Assembly (NCBI GenBank): GCA_007695305.1
Contig: REEA01000164.1
Span: 5,180 to 69,179, forward strand
Length of the DNA stretch: 64,000 bases
DNA from: Bacteroidia bacterium
Lineage (GTDB): Bacteria > Bacteroidota > Bacteroidia > Bacteroidales > UBA7960
Reading direction: 5' to 3'
Shown here in pieces: positions 28,922 through 38,131 of the stretch (position 1 is its first letter; every line of letters starts with the position of its first letter). The translations under genes and the position numbers were made by a program. The notes under the pieces are model-generated. The model was not told the origin of the DNA, did not search any database, and worked only from the letters and a program-made list of their open reading frames with translations.

Positions 28922-29689
28922 CTAATCGGTCGTCTTATTGAATAGTGTGGCCGACGCTTGTGCGGTTGGCATGAGCAAAAGGTCGTTCACGTTTACGTGA
29001 TCCGGTAAACCGGCAACAAAGAAAATAACTTCTGCCACATCCTCTCCGGTGAGCGGCCGGTATCCCTTGTACACGTTTTTAGCTTTTGCGGTATCGCCGT
29101 GAAACCGTACCACCGAAAACTCCGTTTCAGTAGCACCCGGGCTTACCAGACTAACTTTGATACCAAAAGGCAGCAGGTCCATCCGCATACCTTTTGTAAG
29201 CGATGTAACGGCATGTTTTGTGGCACAATAAACATTACCCCTGGGATAGGTTTCTACCCCTGCTATGGATCCTATGTTGATGATGTGCCCGTAACCCTGC
29301 TTTTTCATCAGCGGGATCACAGCATTGCTGACATACAGCAATCCTTTGAGGTTTGTGTCGATCATTTGCTCCCAGTCATCGGTACTCCCTTCGTCTATTC
29401 CCGATAACCCCAGGGCTAATCCGGCATTGTTGATAAGTACATCAATGGTTTTCCAGTGAAAAGGCAGCTTCTTCATTTTTTTCAACACGGAATCTTTGTC
29501 GCGAACATCCATTTCCACAGGCAGTACCGCAATTTTATGCTCTTTTTCGATGCGTTTTGAAAATGTATCCAGCCTGTCTTTTCTACGGCTGCACAAAATA
29601 AGCTGATGACCGGCTGCGGCGAATTTTTCGGCGCATGCGGCACCAATTCCACTGCTCGCACCGGTAATAAGTATCGTTTTGGACATCAT
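28922..29689 (-). CDS. short-chain dehydrogenase/reductase (YdfG-like NADP-dependent)
   Basis: The cofactor motif TGASSGIG and NNAG are present, with catalytic YCATKHA. Confidence 0.85.
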   Translation of the reverse strand: MMSKTILITGASSGIGAACAEKFAAAGHQLILCSRRKDRLDTFSKRIEKEHKIAVLPVEMDVRDKDSVLKKMKKLPFHWKTIDVLINNAGLALGLSGIDEGSTDDWEQMIDTNLKGLLYVSNAVIPLMKKQGYGHIINIGSIAGVETYPRGNVYCATKHAVTSLTKGMRMDLLPFGIKVSLVSPGATETEFSVVRFHGDTAKAKNVYKGYRPLTGEDVAEVIFFVAGLPDHVNVNDLLLMPTAQASATLFNKTTD

Positions 29690-29796
29690 TTACAGGTATT
29701 GGTGAACATTATGCAAATTAACACAAAAAATAACCATGAATGGGTAACCGCTGGCAGGGTTTTTATAAAAAGTTTCCGGAGATGATATTAGTTGCT

Positions 29797-29804
29797 TATT
29801 TTTG
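29797..29804 (+). promoter_or_regulatory. candidate -7 promoter box (TATTTTTG) for purL
   Basis: It matches TAnnTTTG 29 nt upstream of ATG 29833. Confidence 0.3.
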
Positions 29805-29832
29805 TTTTAGCATTTTCGTTAAATAATAACCA

Positions 29833-32073
29833 ATGAAGGAATCAAAAAAGCCAGAGACAGCAGGGTCTGAAGCAGCCGAACAGTTGGGGCTGTTGCCTGA
29901 AGAATATGAGAAAATCATAGATTTTCTAGGCCGTGAGCCGAACTTTACCGAGCTCAGCATCTATTCAGTGATGTGGTCTGAACATTGTTCCTACAAAAAC
30001 AGTATCAAATGGTTAAAAACGCTTCCCCGAAAAGGGGAGCATCTGCTTGCCGAGGCAGGTGAAGAGAATGCCGGACTTGTTGATCTGGGAGACAACCTTG
30101 CATGTGCTTTCAAGATCGAGTCGCACAATCATCCTTCGGCGCTGGAGCCTTATCAGGGAGCAGCAACAGGGGTTGGCGGCATCAATCGGGATATATTCAC
30201 CATGGGAGCCAGACCCATCGCCCAGCTTAACTCATTGCGCTTTGGTAATCCTTCGTTGGAACGCACCAAATGGTTAATGAAAGGCGTGGTTAAGGGCATC
30301 GGGGACTATGGCAATGCTTTTGGAGTTCCCGTTGTTGCAGGTGAAGTGTTTTTTGATGATTGCTATACTACCAACCCGCTCGTAAATGCCATGTCGGTGG
30401 GTATCGTCAAAAAAGGGAATACCATTTCGGCGATATCCTATGGAAAGGGAAATCCGGTATTTATTGTCGGTTCCTCCACAGGAAAAGACGGCATTCATGG
30501 TGCCACATTTGCCTCGGAAGACATAACCGAACAGTCGTCCGAAAAAATACCCGCCGTGCAGGTAGGCGACCCTTTCGCGGAAAAGCTATTGCTTGAAGCC
30601 AGCCTGGAAGTCATCAAAACCGGTGCTGTGATCGGTATGCAGGATATGGGGGCCGCCGGCATCACCTGCTCCACATCGGAAATGTCGGCCAAAGGAAAAC
30701 ATGGAATGATCATCCACCTGGATAAGGTTCCAACCCGGCAGGATAATATGCTTCCTTTTGAAATTTTATTGAGTGAATCACAGGAACGTATGTTGCTGGT
30801 TGTGGAAAAAGGGAGGGAAAAAGAGGTGAAAGATGTTTTCGACAAATGGGACTTGAATTGTGTTCAGATCGGGGAAGTGATTGAGGGGGATTTGTTAAGG
30901 TATTATTATGAAGGACAATTGGTTGCTGAGGTGCCCGCTGATTCACTGGTGCTGGGTGGAGGTGCACCGGTATATGACCGGCCATATACTGAACCCAAAT
31001 ATTTCAAAGAAAAAGACTTGTTTGATCAGGCAAAGATTCCCATACCCGAAAACCTGCCCCATGTAGCCCGATTCCTTTTGGGTTGCCACAATATCGCCTC
31101 AAAAAAATGGGTGATTGATCAATATGATACCATGGTGGGTACCAAAAATATGACCACCAACAGGCCGGCAGATGCTGGAGTGGTAAATCTCAAGGGAACC
31201 CGCAAAGCCCTTGCAATCAGCGTTGACTGCAATCCCCGTTATGTGCATGCTGATCCTGAAATCGGTGCAGCAATTGCCGTATCCGAAAGTGCCAGAAATA
31301 TCGTTTGCAGCGGAGGTGAGCCCCTGGCAATAACCAACTGCCTCAATTTCGGAAATCCCTACAATCCTGAAGTATATTGGCAATTCGTGGGTGCAATCAA
31401 AGGGATGACGAAGGCCTGTAATAAATTCAATACGCCGGTAACCGGTGGTAACGTTAGTTTTTACAACCAGGCCTCCTCAGGAAGCAAAACCGAACCTGTT
31501 TTCCCTACACCGGTTATTGGCATGCTGGGCATGCTTTTTGACAAAAAGCATCTTACCGGAATCGCTTTTCGCAGGGAGGGTGATTTGATTTACCTGCTGG
31601 GTGACTCCAAAAATGACATCAATTGTTCCGAATATCTGTATAACTACCACGGTGTGAAGCTTTCACCTCCCCCCGCTTTTGATATTGACGAAGAATACAG
31701 ATTACAGGAAATAATAAAAGAACTCATCAAAACCGGGGTTGTGGAGTCCGCCCATGATGTTGCCGACGGAGGGTTATTTGTCGCGTTGTTTGAATCAGCA
31801 AAGATTAACCGTTTGGGATTTTCAATTTACACTGATCATGAAATTCGCAAAGATGCATTTCTATTCGGAGAATCCCAAAGTCGTGTGGTAGTATCAGTGG
31901 ATCCTGATAATGAAGGATTGCTGGCAGAAGTCATGGCCGGCTCTGATGTTTCTTTCACATTTATCGGTGAAGTGAAGGGAAATGATGTGTTCATTGACGC
32001 CGAACACTTTGGAAATATGGAAGAGCTGATAAACATCTATGAAAATTGTATTCCAAATATGATGAAAGAGTGA
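29833..32073 (+). CDS. purL: phosphoribosylformylglycinamidine synthase subunit PurL
   Basis: 746 aa with ...[10 protein letters not shown]...[33 protein letters not shown]..., the duplicated PurM-like layout of small PurL. Confidence 0.93.
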   Translation: MKESKKPETAGSEAAEQLGLLPEEYEKIIDFLGREPNFTELSIYSVMWSEHCSYKNSIKWLKTLPRKGEHLLAEAGEENAGLVDLGDNLACAFKIESHNHPSALEPYQGAATGVGGINRDIFTMGARPIAQLNSLRFGNPSLERTKWLMKGVVKGIGDYGNAFGVPVVAGEVFFDDCYTTNPLVNAMSVGIVKKGNTISAISYGKGNPVFIVGSSTGKDGIHGATFASEDITEQSSEKIPAVQVGDPFAEKLLLEASLEVIKTGAVIGMQDMGAAGITCSTSEMSAKGKHGMIIHLDKVPTRQDNMLPFEILLSESQERMLLVVEKGREKEVKDVFDKWDLNCVQIGEVIEGDLLRYYYEGQLVAEVPADSLVLGGGAPVYDRPYTEPKYFKEKDLFDQAKIPIPENLPHVARFLLGCHNIASKKWVIDQYDTMVGTKNMTTNRPADAGVVNLKGTRKALAISVDCNPRYVHADPEIGAAIAVSESARNIVCSGGEPLAITNCLNFGNPYNPEVYWQFVGAIKGMTKACNKFNTPVTGGNVSFYNQASSGSKTEPVFPTPVIGMLGMLFDKKHLTGIAFRREGDLIYLLGDSKNDINCSEYLYNYHGVKLSPPPAFDIDEEYRLQEIIKELIKTGVVESAHDVADGGLFVALFESAKINRLGFSIYTDHEIRKDAFLFGESQSRVVVSVDPDNEGLLAEVMAGSDVSFTFIGEVKGNDVFIDAEHFGNMEELINIYENCIPNMMKE

Positions 32074-32081
32074 ACATAATT

Positions 32082-33758
32082 ATGCCTTGGTCTTCAAAAA
32101 AATACCATAAAAGCATTAAGCCATTGTGGATACTGGCTGCGCTATCATTTGCCGTATTTATGGCCTGCGAGCGGGCTGCAGAAGATGTGGAAGGCCTTAC
32201 CGTACTGCGCTACAATGAAGACCAGAACATCACCTCCCTTGACCCGGTATTTGCCCGGAACCAGGCAAACATTTGGGCTGTTACCCAATTGTTTAACGGT
32301 CTTGTTGAACTGGATACAGCGCTCGAAATCCGGCCTGCCATCGCTCATTCATGGTCTGTATCGGATGATGGCCGGGAATATGCTTTTTATTTACGCGATG
32401 ATGTATATTTTCATGATAATGCCTGTTTTCCTGAAGGCAAGGGCAGAAGGGTAGTAGCCCGCGATTTTGTTTTCAGTTTTTCGCGTCTGACAGACAGATC
32501 CATTAATTCTCCGGGTGCATGGGTCATGAATCAGGTTGCCCGCACCGGAAATAATGAACTTCATATATCTGCTCAAAACGACACAACCCTGATCATTCGC
32601 CTGGTTGAACCTTTTCCACCAATGCTTGGGCTGCTTAGCATGCAGTACTGTGCAGTGGTTCCCCATGAAGCCATCACCATGTATGGCAGAGACTTTCGCA
32701 GAAACCCCGTCGGGACAGGACCGTTCCGTTTTGCTTACTGGAAAGAAGGGGTGAAGCTTGTTTTCAGAAAGAATGACCATTACTTTGAATTTGACGGCGA
32801 CCAACGATTGCCTTACCTGGATGCTGTTTCCATCACTTTCATCAAAGACAGGCAGACCGCTTTTCTGGAATTCGTGAAAGGAAACCTGGAGCTGCTTACA
32901 CGCGTTGATCCCAGCTACCAGGATGAACTTCTCACCCCGGCCGGTGAATTACAGCCCGGATATCGCGAAAAATTAAGGATGATCACAATGCCCTTTCTCA
33001 ACTCCGAGTATCTGGGTATGCTTCTATCCGATGATCGTGTGGCGCCTGACTGGCCATTAAGGGACCAAAGGGTGAGACAGGCAATCAATTATGGTTTTGA
33101 CCGGCAAAAAATGATCACCTTTCTGCGCAACAATATAGGTACACCTGCTTATGGTGGTTTTGTACCCGTAGGTATGCCCGGATTTACCAAGAATGAAGGG
33201 GGATATACATACAATCCCGATAAGGCACGACAATTGCTGGCAGAAGCCGGTTACCCCGGTGGCATTGGGCTGCCGGCCATCAGACTTTCAACCAACCAGG
33301 CATACCAGGATATTGCCCAATATATCCAGTTTGAACTCGGGCGTATTGGCATCACCATCGAAATCGACGTGATGCCTCCGGCAACCCTCAGGGAAATGAT
33401 GGCCAATGCAGAGGCTCCATTCTTCAGAGGCTCCTGGATAGCAGACTACCCTGATGCAGAAAACTACCTGGCATTGTTCTACAGCCCGAATAAGTCACCA
33501 GCAGGGCCAAATTATACACATTTTGAGGATGAAACCTTTGACCACTTTTATGAAAAAGCCCGTAAACAGACAAATGACAGTATTCGTTTTGCGTTGTACC
33601 ACAAAATGGATAGCCTGATTATCGATAAAGCACCAAAAGTATTTTTGTATTATGATCAATCCATGCGCTTTGTGCACAATTATGTGGAAAACATGCAGAA
33701 CAATGCGCTGAATCATCTTGTACTGAAGCGCGTTAAGATTAATAAGAATCCGGGGTAA
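32082..33758 (+). CDS. ABC-transporter substrate-binding protein, family 5 (peptide/nickel type)
   Basis: A signal or anchor segment precedes an SBP_bac_5-like body (...GTGPFRFAYWKEGVKLVFRKNDHYF...). I prefer ATG 32082, which avoids overlap with purL. No permease or ATPase genes are adjacent. Confidence 0.78.
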   Translation: MPWSSKKYHKSIKPLWILAALSFAVFMACERAAEDVEGLTVLRYNEDQNITSLDPVFARNQANIWAVTQLFNGLVELDTALEIRPAIAHSWSVSDDGREYAFYLRDDVYFHDNACFPEGKGRRVVARDFVFSFSRLTDRSINSPGAWVMNQVARTGNNELHISAQNDTTLIIRLVEPFPPMLGLLSMQYCAVVPHEAITMYGRDFRRNPVGTGPFRFAYWKEGVKLVFRKNDHYFEFDGDQRLPYLDAVSITFIKDRQTAFLEFVKGNLELLTRVDPSYQDELLTPAGELQPGYREKLRMITMPFLNSEYLGMLLSDDRVAPDWPLRDQRVRQAINYGFDRQKMITFLRNNIGTPAYGGFVPVGMPGFTKNEGGYTYNPDKARQLLAEAGYPGGIGLPAIRLSTNQAYQDIAQYIQFELGRIGITIEIDVMPPATLREMMANAEAPFFRGSWIADYPDAENYLALFYSPNKSPAGPNYTHFEDETFDHFYEKARKQTNDSIRFALYHKMDSLIIDKAPKVFLYYDQSMRFVHNYVENMQNNALNHLVLKRVKINKNPG

Positions 33759-33912
33759 AATAAACCACTACGGCACAGGCTTTGTTGAAAAAGATTGCTA
33801 TATGAAAACCGGGATCGATAACTATAGAATAAAATAAGATAACCCCGGATAAGTTATGCAAAGCAAAGAGTATAGGTGATATATATTTGAACACCAGGTA
33901 ATGATGTAACAG

Positions 33913-35022
33913 ATGATAAAATTATGTTTTTTTTTACTGTTAAAATGTATAAGTTGTGTATCATTATTTGCATGGAATGAGGCAAACCATCAATACCGGT
34001 TTTTCACGGTTCAGTATCATTATCAATATATATGGCCTCACAGGCCCGACCTGAAGGAACATGCAGGTAATCCCGCAAAAGCACTTGAAATGCATCTTGG
34101 GTGGAGAACTTCGGGCTCACAGCTATGGCATCGTTTGTACAACTTTCCATCATACGGTATTGGTTTTTATTACAATCATCTTGGAAACCCCGATGTGCTT
34201 GGAGAAGTGCGTTCAGGGTTTGCGTTTATGGAATTCTATGCGCCGAAAGAGCGCCTGATCAGATGGCAACTGCGGGTCTCACTGGGCCTGGCCAATTTCA
34301 ACACCTATTATCACCCTGAGAATAATCCCGAAAACCGGTTTATAGGAACACCATGGAATGTGCATTTTAACCTGAATTACGCATGGTCGATACCTATCGG
34401 GGAGCAGCTCAGGATTACACCTGGCCTTGCTTTTACCCACTTTTCCAATGGTGCCTACCAAAAACCAAACAGGGGGATAAACATTTTTGATGTGAATATG
34501 GGCATCCGTTACAGGTTTGGCAAGGGTGACCCGGGAGAGTTCTGGGCCAATGATCCGTTTACTGACGGAAAAACAATTTCCGAACAAACTTTTTTTGCTG
34601 TTTTTTCTGTTGGTTTGATGCAGCGAGAAATGGATGATCCGACTTATATTGCCAGGACGTTGACATTAAATCATACCATCAGAAAAAAATTGAGAACCAG
34701 GTGGGGTGTTGGAATCGATATTTTTTATGATGATCATGCCAAAGAACAAATGCGGCTCTTAAATGAAGAAACAAGCCCGATGGACTATACCCGTGTTGGT
34801 GGTTTTGTTTCTTGTGACATTATCTTTAACAGGATGGTGGTTATTCTGAACCGTGGTATGTATGTCTATTATGGGTATGAACCCCAGGGAAATCAATACT
34901 CACGTATTGGACTGAGATACATTACCAAATCAGGCCTTACAGGGCATCTTGCGTTAAAGGCACATGCCGGCCGCGCCGATTATGTAGAGTGGGGCATCGG
35001 TTACGCTTTTGGTGACAAATAA
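33913..35022 (+). CDS. outer-membrane beta-barrel protein, PagL-like lipid A deacylase / acyloxyacyl hydrolase family (tentative)
   Basis: It has a signal peptide and alternating aromatic beta-strand patterns. An HFSNG motif (THFSNGAYQKPNRGIN) resembles the PagL H-x-S-N-G catalytic signature, and the C-terminus ends ...GIGYAFGDK. Confidence 0.5.
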   Translation: MIKLCFFLLLKCISCVSLFAWNEANHQYRFFTVQYHYQYIWPHRPDLKEHAGNPAKALEMHLGWRTSGSQLWHRLYNFPSYGIGFYYNHLGNPDVLGEVRSGFAFMEFYAPKERLIRWQLRVSLGLANFNTYYHPENNPENRFIGTPWNVHFNLNYAWSIPIGEQLRITPGLAFTHFSNGAYQKPNRGINIFDVNMGIRYRFGKGDPGEFWANDPFTDGKTISEQTFFAVFSVGLMQREMDDPTYIARTLTLNHTIRKKLRTRWGVGIDIFYDDHAKEQMRLLNEETSPMDYTRVGGFVSCDIIFNRMVVILNRGMYVYYGYEPQGNQYSRIGLRYITKSGLTGHLALKAHAGRADYVEWGIGYAFGDK

Positions 35023-35162
35023 TGCAAAAGCATGGATTTACATGCACAAGCTTACATGATGCATCAAATTCGTCAGCGGCAGTGCGGCAGGGATTATATG
35101 CATCATCCAGCCTGAAACATGAATGGCAGCAGTTAACAGATCCTAATCGGTGCTGTCTACTG

Positions 35163-35924
35163 TTAGAGTTTTATGGTAACACCATCATATGCCAGCGAAA
35201 TACCGGCAGGAAGCAAACCATTGATCTCTGATCTGAGGCCCATCTGGTGACTGATGTGAGTGATCAATCCTTTTTCCGGCCGGAGAAATTGCAATATATC
35301 AACGGCTTCATCAAGTGAAAAATGTGAAATATGCTTCTCCCTGCGAAGTGCATTGAGCACAACCAATCTGGATCCTTTCATTTTGTTTAGTTCAGCTTTT
35401 TCAATGAAGTTGGCATCTGTAAGGTAAGAAAAATCACCCATACGAAAACCCAAAACAGGCATTTGGTGATGCATTGCTTTTATGGGTATGATCTTGATTT
35501 CTTCTATATTAAACAGTTGAGCATTGATTGTGTGAAGGCGGATATCGGGAACACCCGGATACTTTTCTTTCTCAAATGCATAAGAATAATCCTGTTTGAT
35601 GGAATCCAGCACGCGTCTGTCCCCGTATATATCCATGGGCTTTTTTTGGATCCAGTTAAAGGCCCTGACATCGTCAATACCGGCGGTGTGGTCTTTATGA
35701 TTATGCGTAATAAGCACTCCATCCAGTTTCTGCACGTTTGCCCTAAGCATTTGCTGCCGGAAATCAGGACCGGCATCGATCACGATATTTGTATGTTTGC
35801 TCCGCACAAGGGCTGCCGCTCTTAAACGCTTGTCATAGGGATCCATGCTTTTGCAAACACGGCACCGGCAGCCTACAACGGGCACGCCCTGTGATGTTCC
35901 GGTTCCAAGCAAAGTAATGATCAT
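35163..35924 (-). CDS. MBL-fold metallo-hydrolase (PhnP/GPDFR-type)
   Basis: MIITLLGTGTSQGVPVVGCRCRVC..., DAGPDFRQQ and an HxHxDH motif (THNHKDH) are present. I prefer ATG 35924, because the tracked 63-codon extension has no family support. Confidence 0.8.
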   Translation of the reverse strand: MIITLLGTGTSQGVPVVGCRCRVCKSMDPYDKRLRAAALVRSKHTNIVIDAGPDFRQQMLRANVQKLDGVLITHNHKDHTAGIDDVRAFNWIQKKPMDIYGDRRVLDSIKQDYSYAFEKEKYPGVPDIRLHTINAQLFNIEEIKIIPIKAMHHQMPVLGFRMGDFSYLTDANFIEKAELNKMKGSRLVVLNALRREKHISHFSLDEAVDILQFLRPEKGLITHISHQMGLRSEINGLLPAGISLAYDGVTIKL

Positions 35925-36130
35925 AACAGATTTTTTAACGCAAATACGGTTGCAGAATAGTACATCAACCCATGGCAAAACCTTAAAAAGAAGTAAGAAT
36001 CTGCCATCATATACAAAAATAAACATTTGTTGACAAAGAACATCATTAATTGATTCATTGTCCACGACAATGGTTTGGGCTTTTTTTAGTAAATTGCGGC
36101 GGTTTTTAATCACCTCTAATACATTGAAAA

Positions 36131-36649
36131 ATGGAAGAGTTTTTTGAAAAAATCAAAGTTGAAGATATCAGTGACAATGTTTTTAGTTTGATTGGAAAAG
36201 ATTGGATGCTGATCACTGCAGGTAATTCCGAAGCCTATAATATGATGACTGCCAGCTGGGGAACTGCGGGAGTTCTATGGCGCAAACCGGTCATTATCAC
36301 TTTTGTCAGACCACAAAGGTATACCTACCAGTTCCTGGAAAAGCATCCCTATTTTTCCGTCAGCTTTTTCAGGGAAGAACACCGTGAAATATTGAATCTG
36401 TGTGGTACCACTTCAGGCCGTGATCTCAACAAAATGCAGATTGCAGGACTGAGCGCCATTGAAACACCCAATCAAACGATCACTTTTAAAGAGGCAAAAC
36501 TGACACTGGAGTGCCGGAAAATTTACTTTGACGATATCGACCCGGCTTTTTTCCAGCTTTTTGATCTTGAAAAGATCTATTCAAACAAAGATTATCACCG
36601 TTTCTATATAGGTGAAATCATTTATGCGTGGAAAAGCAAAATAAATTAA
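36131..36649 (+). CDS. flavin reductase-like domain protein
   Basis: 172 aa with ...LITAGNSEAYNMMTASWGTAGVLWRKPVIITFVRPQRYT..., typical of the FMN-binding flavin-reductase-like fold. Confidence 0.8.
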   Translation: MEEFFEKIKVEDISDNVFSLIGKDWMLITAGNSEAYNMMTASWGTAGVLWRKPVIITFVRPQRYTYQFLEKHPYFSVSFFREEHREILNLCGTTSGRDLNKMQIAGLSAIETPNQTITFKEAKLTLECRKIYFDDIDPAFFQLFDLEKIYSNKDYHRFYIGEIIYAWKSKIN

Positions 36650-37239
36650 TAAGGCTGACCAGGAGGTTTTCTGTGAATATATTTCAAAAAATATTGTATC
36701 GCTTCAGGTTGTTCATGATCAACAGGGCGCAAAAAAAAACCCTCAGGGAAAAGAGCGTGATGAATTATCATCATGCTGTGTCTTTTGCCTTCATATATGA
36801 TATTTCGCCGAAAGATCAGGGTTTTTTTTTCAGGGATATATATAAACAACTCCAAAGCGAAGGAAAATCAGTAGAAGCAATTGGCTACTTTAATGGTAAC
36901 GAGTTGTCTGCAGATCTCCAGGTCCCCCCGGCCACCCAACTTTGTCAAAGAAAGGACTTTTCATGGATAATCAAACCAAGATCCATATTCCTGAAGGGTT
37001 TCGCGGCTAAAAAATATGATATTCTTATTGACCTCACCAACGCCCGGAGCTATCCCATGAAATACCTGGCTGCAATTTCCAGGGCCAAATATAAAGTCGG
37101 CAGGCAACATCCTGATTTTTTTAAAATTTATGACCTCATTATAGATGTTGATGAATCTTGCTCACCGGCAAAAACCTCAGAACATATTTTTCACTATTTA
37201 AAAATCCTTAAAACACCCGGCTATGATCAATCAGTTTAA
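36628..37239 (+). CDS. hypothetical protein (start uncertain: ATG 36628 or GTG 36673)
   Basis: This ORF lies between the flavin reductase gene and dapA, overlapping both. AGGAGG (36661-36666) sits 6 nt before GTG 36673. I recognise no family. Confidence 0.55.
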   Translation: MEKQNKLIRLTRRFSVNIFQKILYRFRLFMINRAQKKTLREKSVMNYHHAVSFAFIYDISPKDQGFFFRDIYKQLQSEGKSVEAIGYFNGNELSADLQVPPATQLCQRKDFSWIIKPRSIFLKGFAAKKYDILIDLTNARSYPMKYLAAISRAKYKVGRQHPDFFKIYDLIIDVDESCSPAKTSEHIFHYLKILKTPGYDQSV

Positions 37240-38104
37240 AGGAACAGGCACTGCAATCGTTACACCTTTTCATAAAGAAGGCAATATCGATTTCAAATCA
37301 TTTGAAGCGATCATAGAATACCAGATCAGCAATGGTATCGACTATATCGTATTTCTGGGTACAACCGGTGAAGCCGTCACCCTCAGTGGTGACGAAAGAA
37401 ATGCCTTAATCCATTTTGCCATTGATATAGTTAACAATAGAGTTCCCATTGTGGTTGGCATCGGCGGAAATAATACAAGGGAATTAACCAATACCATGCA
37501 GGAAATATCATTTGACGGTATTGATGCCGTATTGTCAGTGAGTCCTTACTACAATAAACCTCAACCCAAAGGGCTGTTTTATCATTACAAGGAAATCGGA
37601 AATGCTTGTCCCGTTCCGGTAATTATGTATAATGTACCCGGAAGGACGAGCTCCAATATGGATGCTGACACAACCCTGCGAATCGCGCACGAGATTCCAA
37701 ATATTATCGCCATCAAGGAAGCATCAAAAGACCTGGAACAATGCGCGCGCATCATAAAAAACAAACCTGAAAACTTTCTGGTCATATCCGGAAATGACGA
37801 ACTTACAATGCCCTTTATGGCCATTGGCGGTGATGGTGTGATTTCTGTAGTGGCCAATGCCTTCCCGGCCGAGTTTTCTAATATGGTCAAATTATGCATG
37901 TCAAACAAATTTAAGGACGCAAGAACCATTCATCTGAAGCTCCTGGATATTATTCAGGCCATTTATGCCGATGGCAGCCCTTCAGGAATAAAAGCAGTCC
38001 TGGCCATGAAAGGATTGTGCAAAAACGAACTGAGGCTCCCCCTGGTAAAAATCAACAAGGCGCTAAGCAACCACATTGCAAACTTGCTTGATGAATTTAA
38101 ATAA
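37223..38104 (+). CDS. dapA: 4-hydroxy-tetrahydrodipicolinate synthase
   Basis: GTGTAIVTPF...GTTGEAVTLS...YNVPGRT...IKEAS (Schiff-base Lys context). The protein is 293 aa. Confidence 0.93.
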   Translation: MINQFKGTGTAIVTPFHKEGNIDFKSFEAIIEYQISNGIDYIVFLGTTGEAVTLSGDERNALIHFAIDIVNNRVPIVVGIGGNNTRELTNTMQEISFDGIDAVLSVSPYYNKPQPKGLFYHYKEIGNACPVPVIMYNVPGRTSSNMDADTTLRIAHEIPNIIAIKEASKDLEQCARIIKNKPENFLVISGNDELTMPFMAIGGDGVISVVANAFPAEFSNMVKLCMSNKFKDARTIHLKLLDIIQAIYADGSPSGIKAVLAMKGLCKNELRLPLVKINKALSNHIANLLDEFK

Positions 38105-38131
38105 TATAATTCCGAATCCAAATCAGTCATT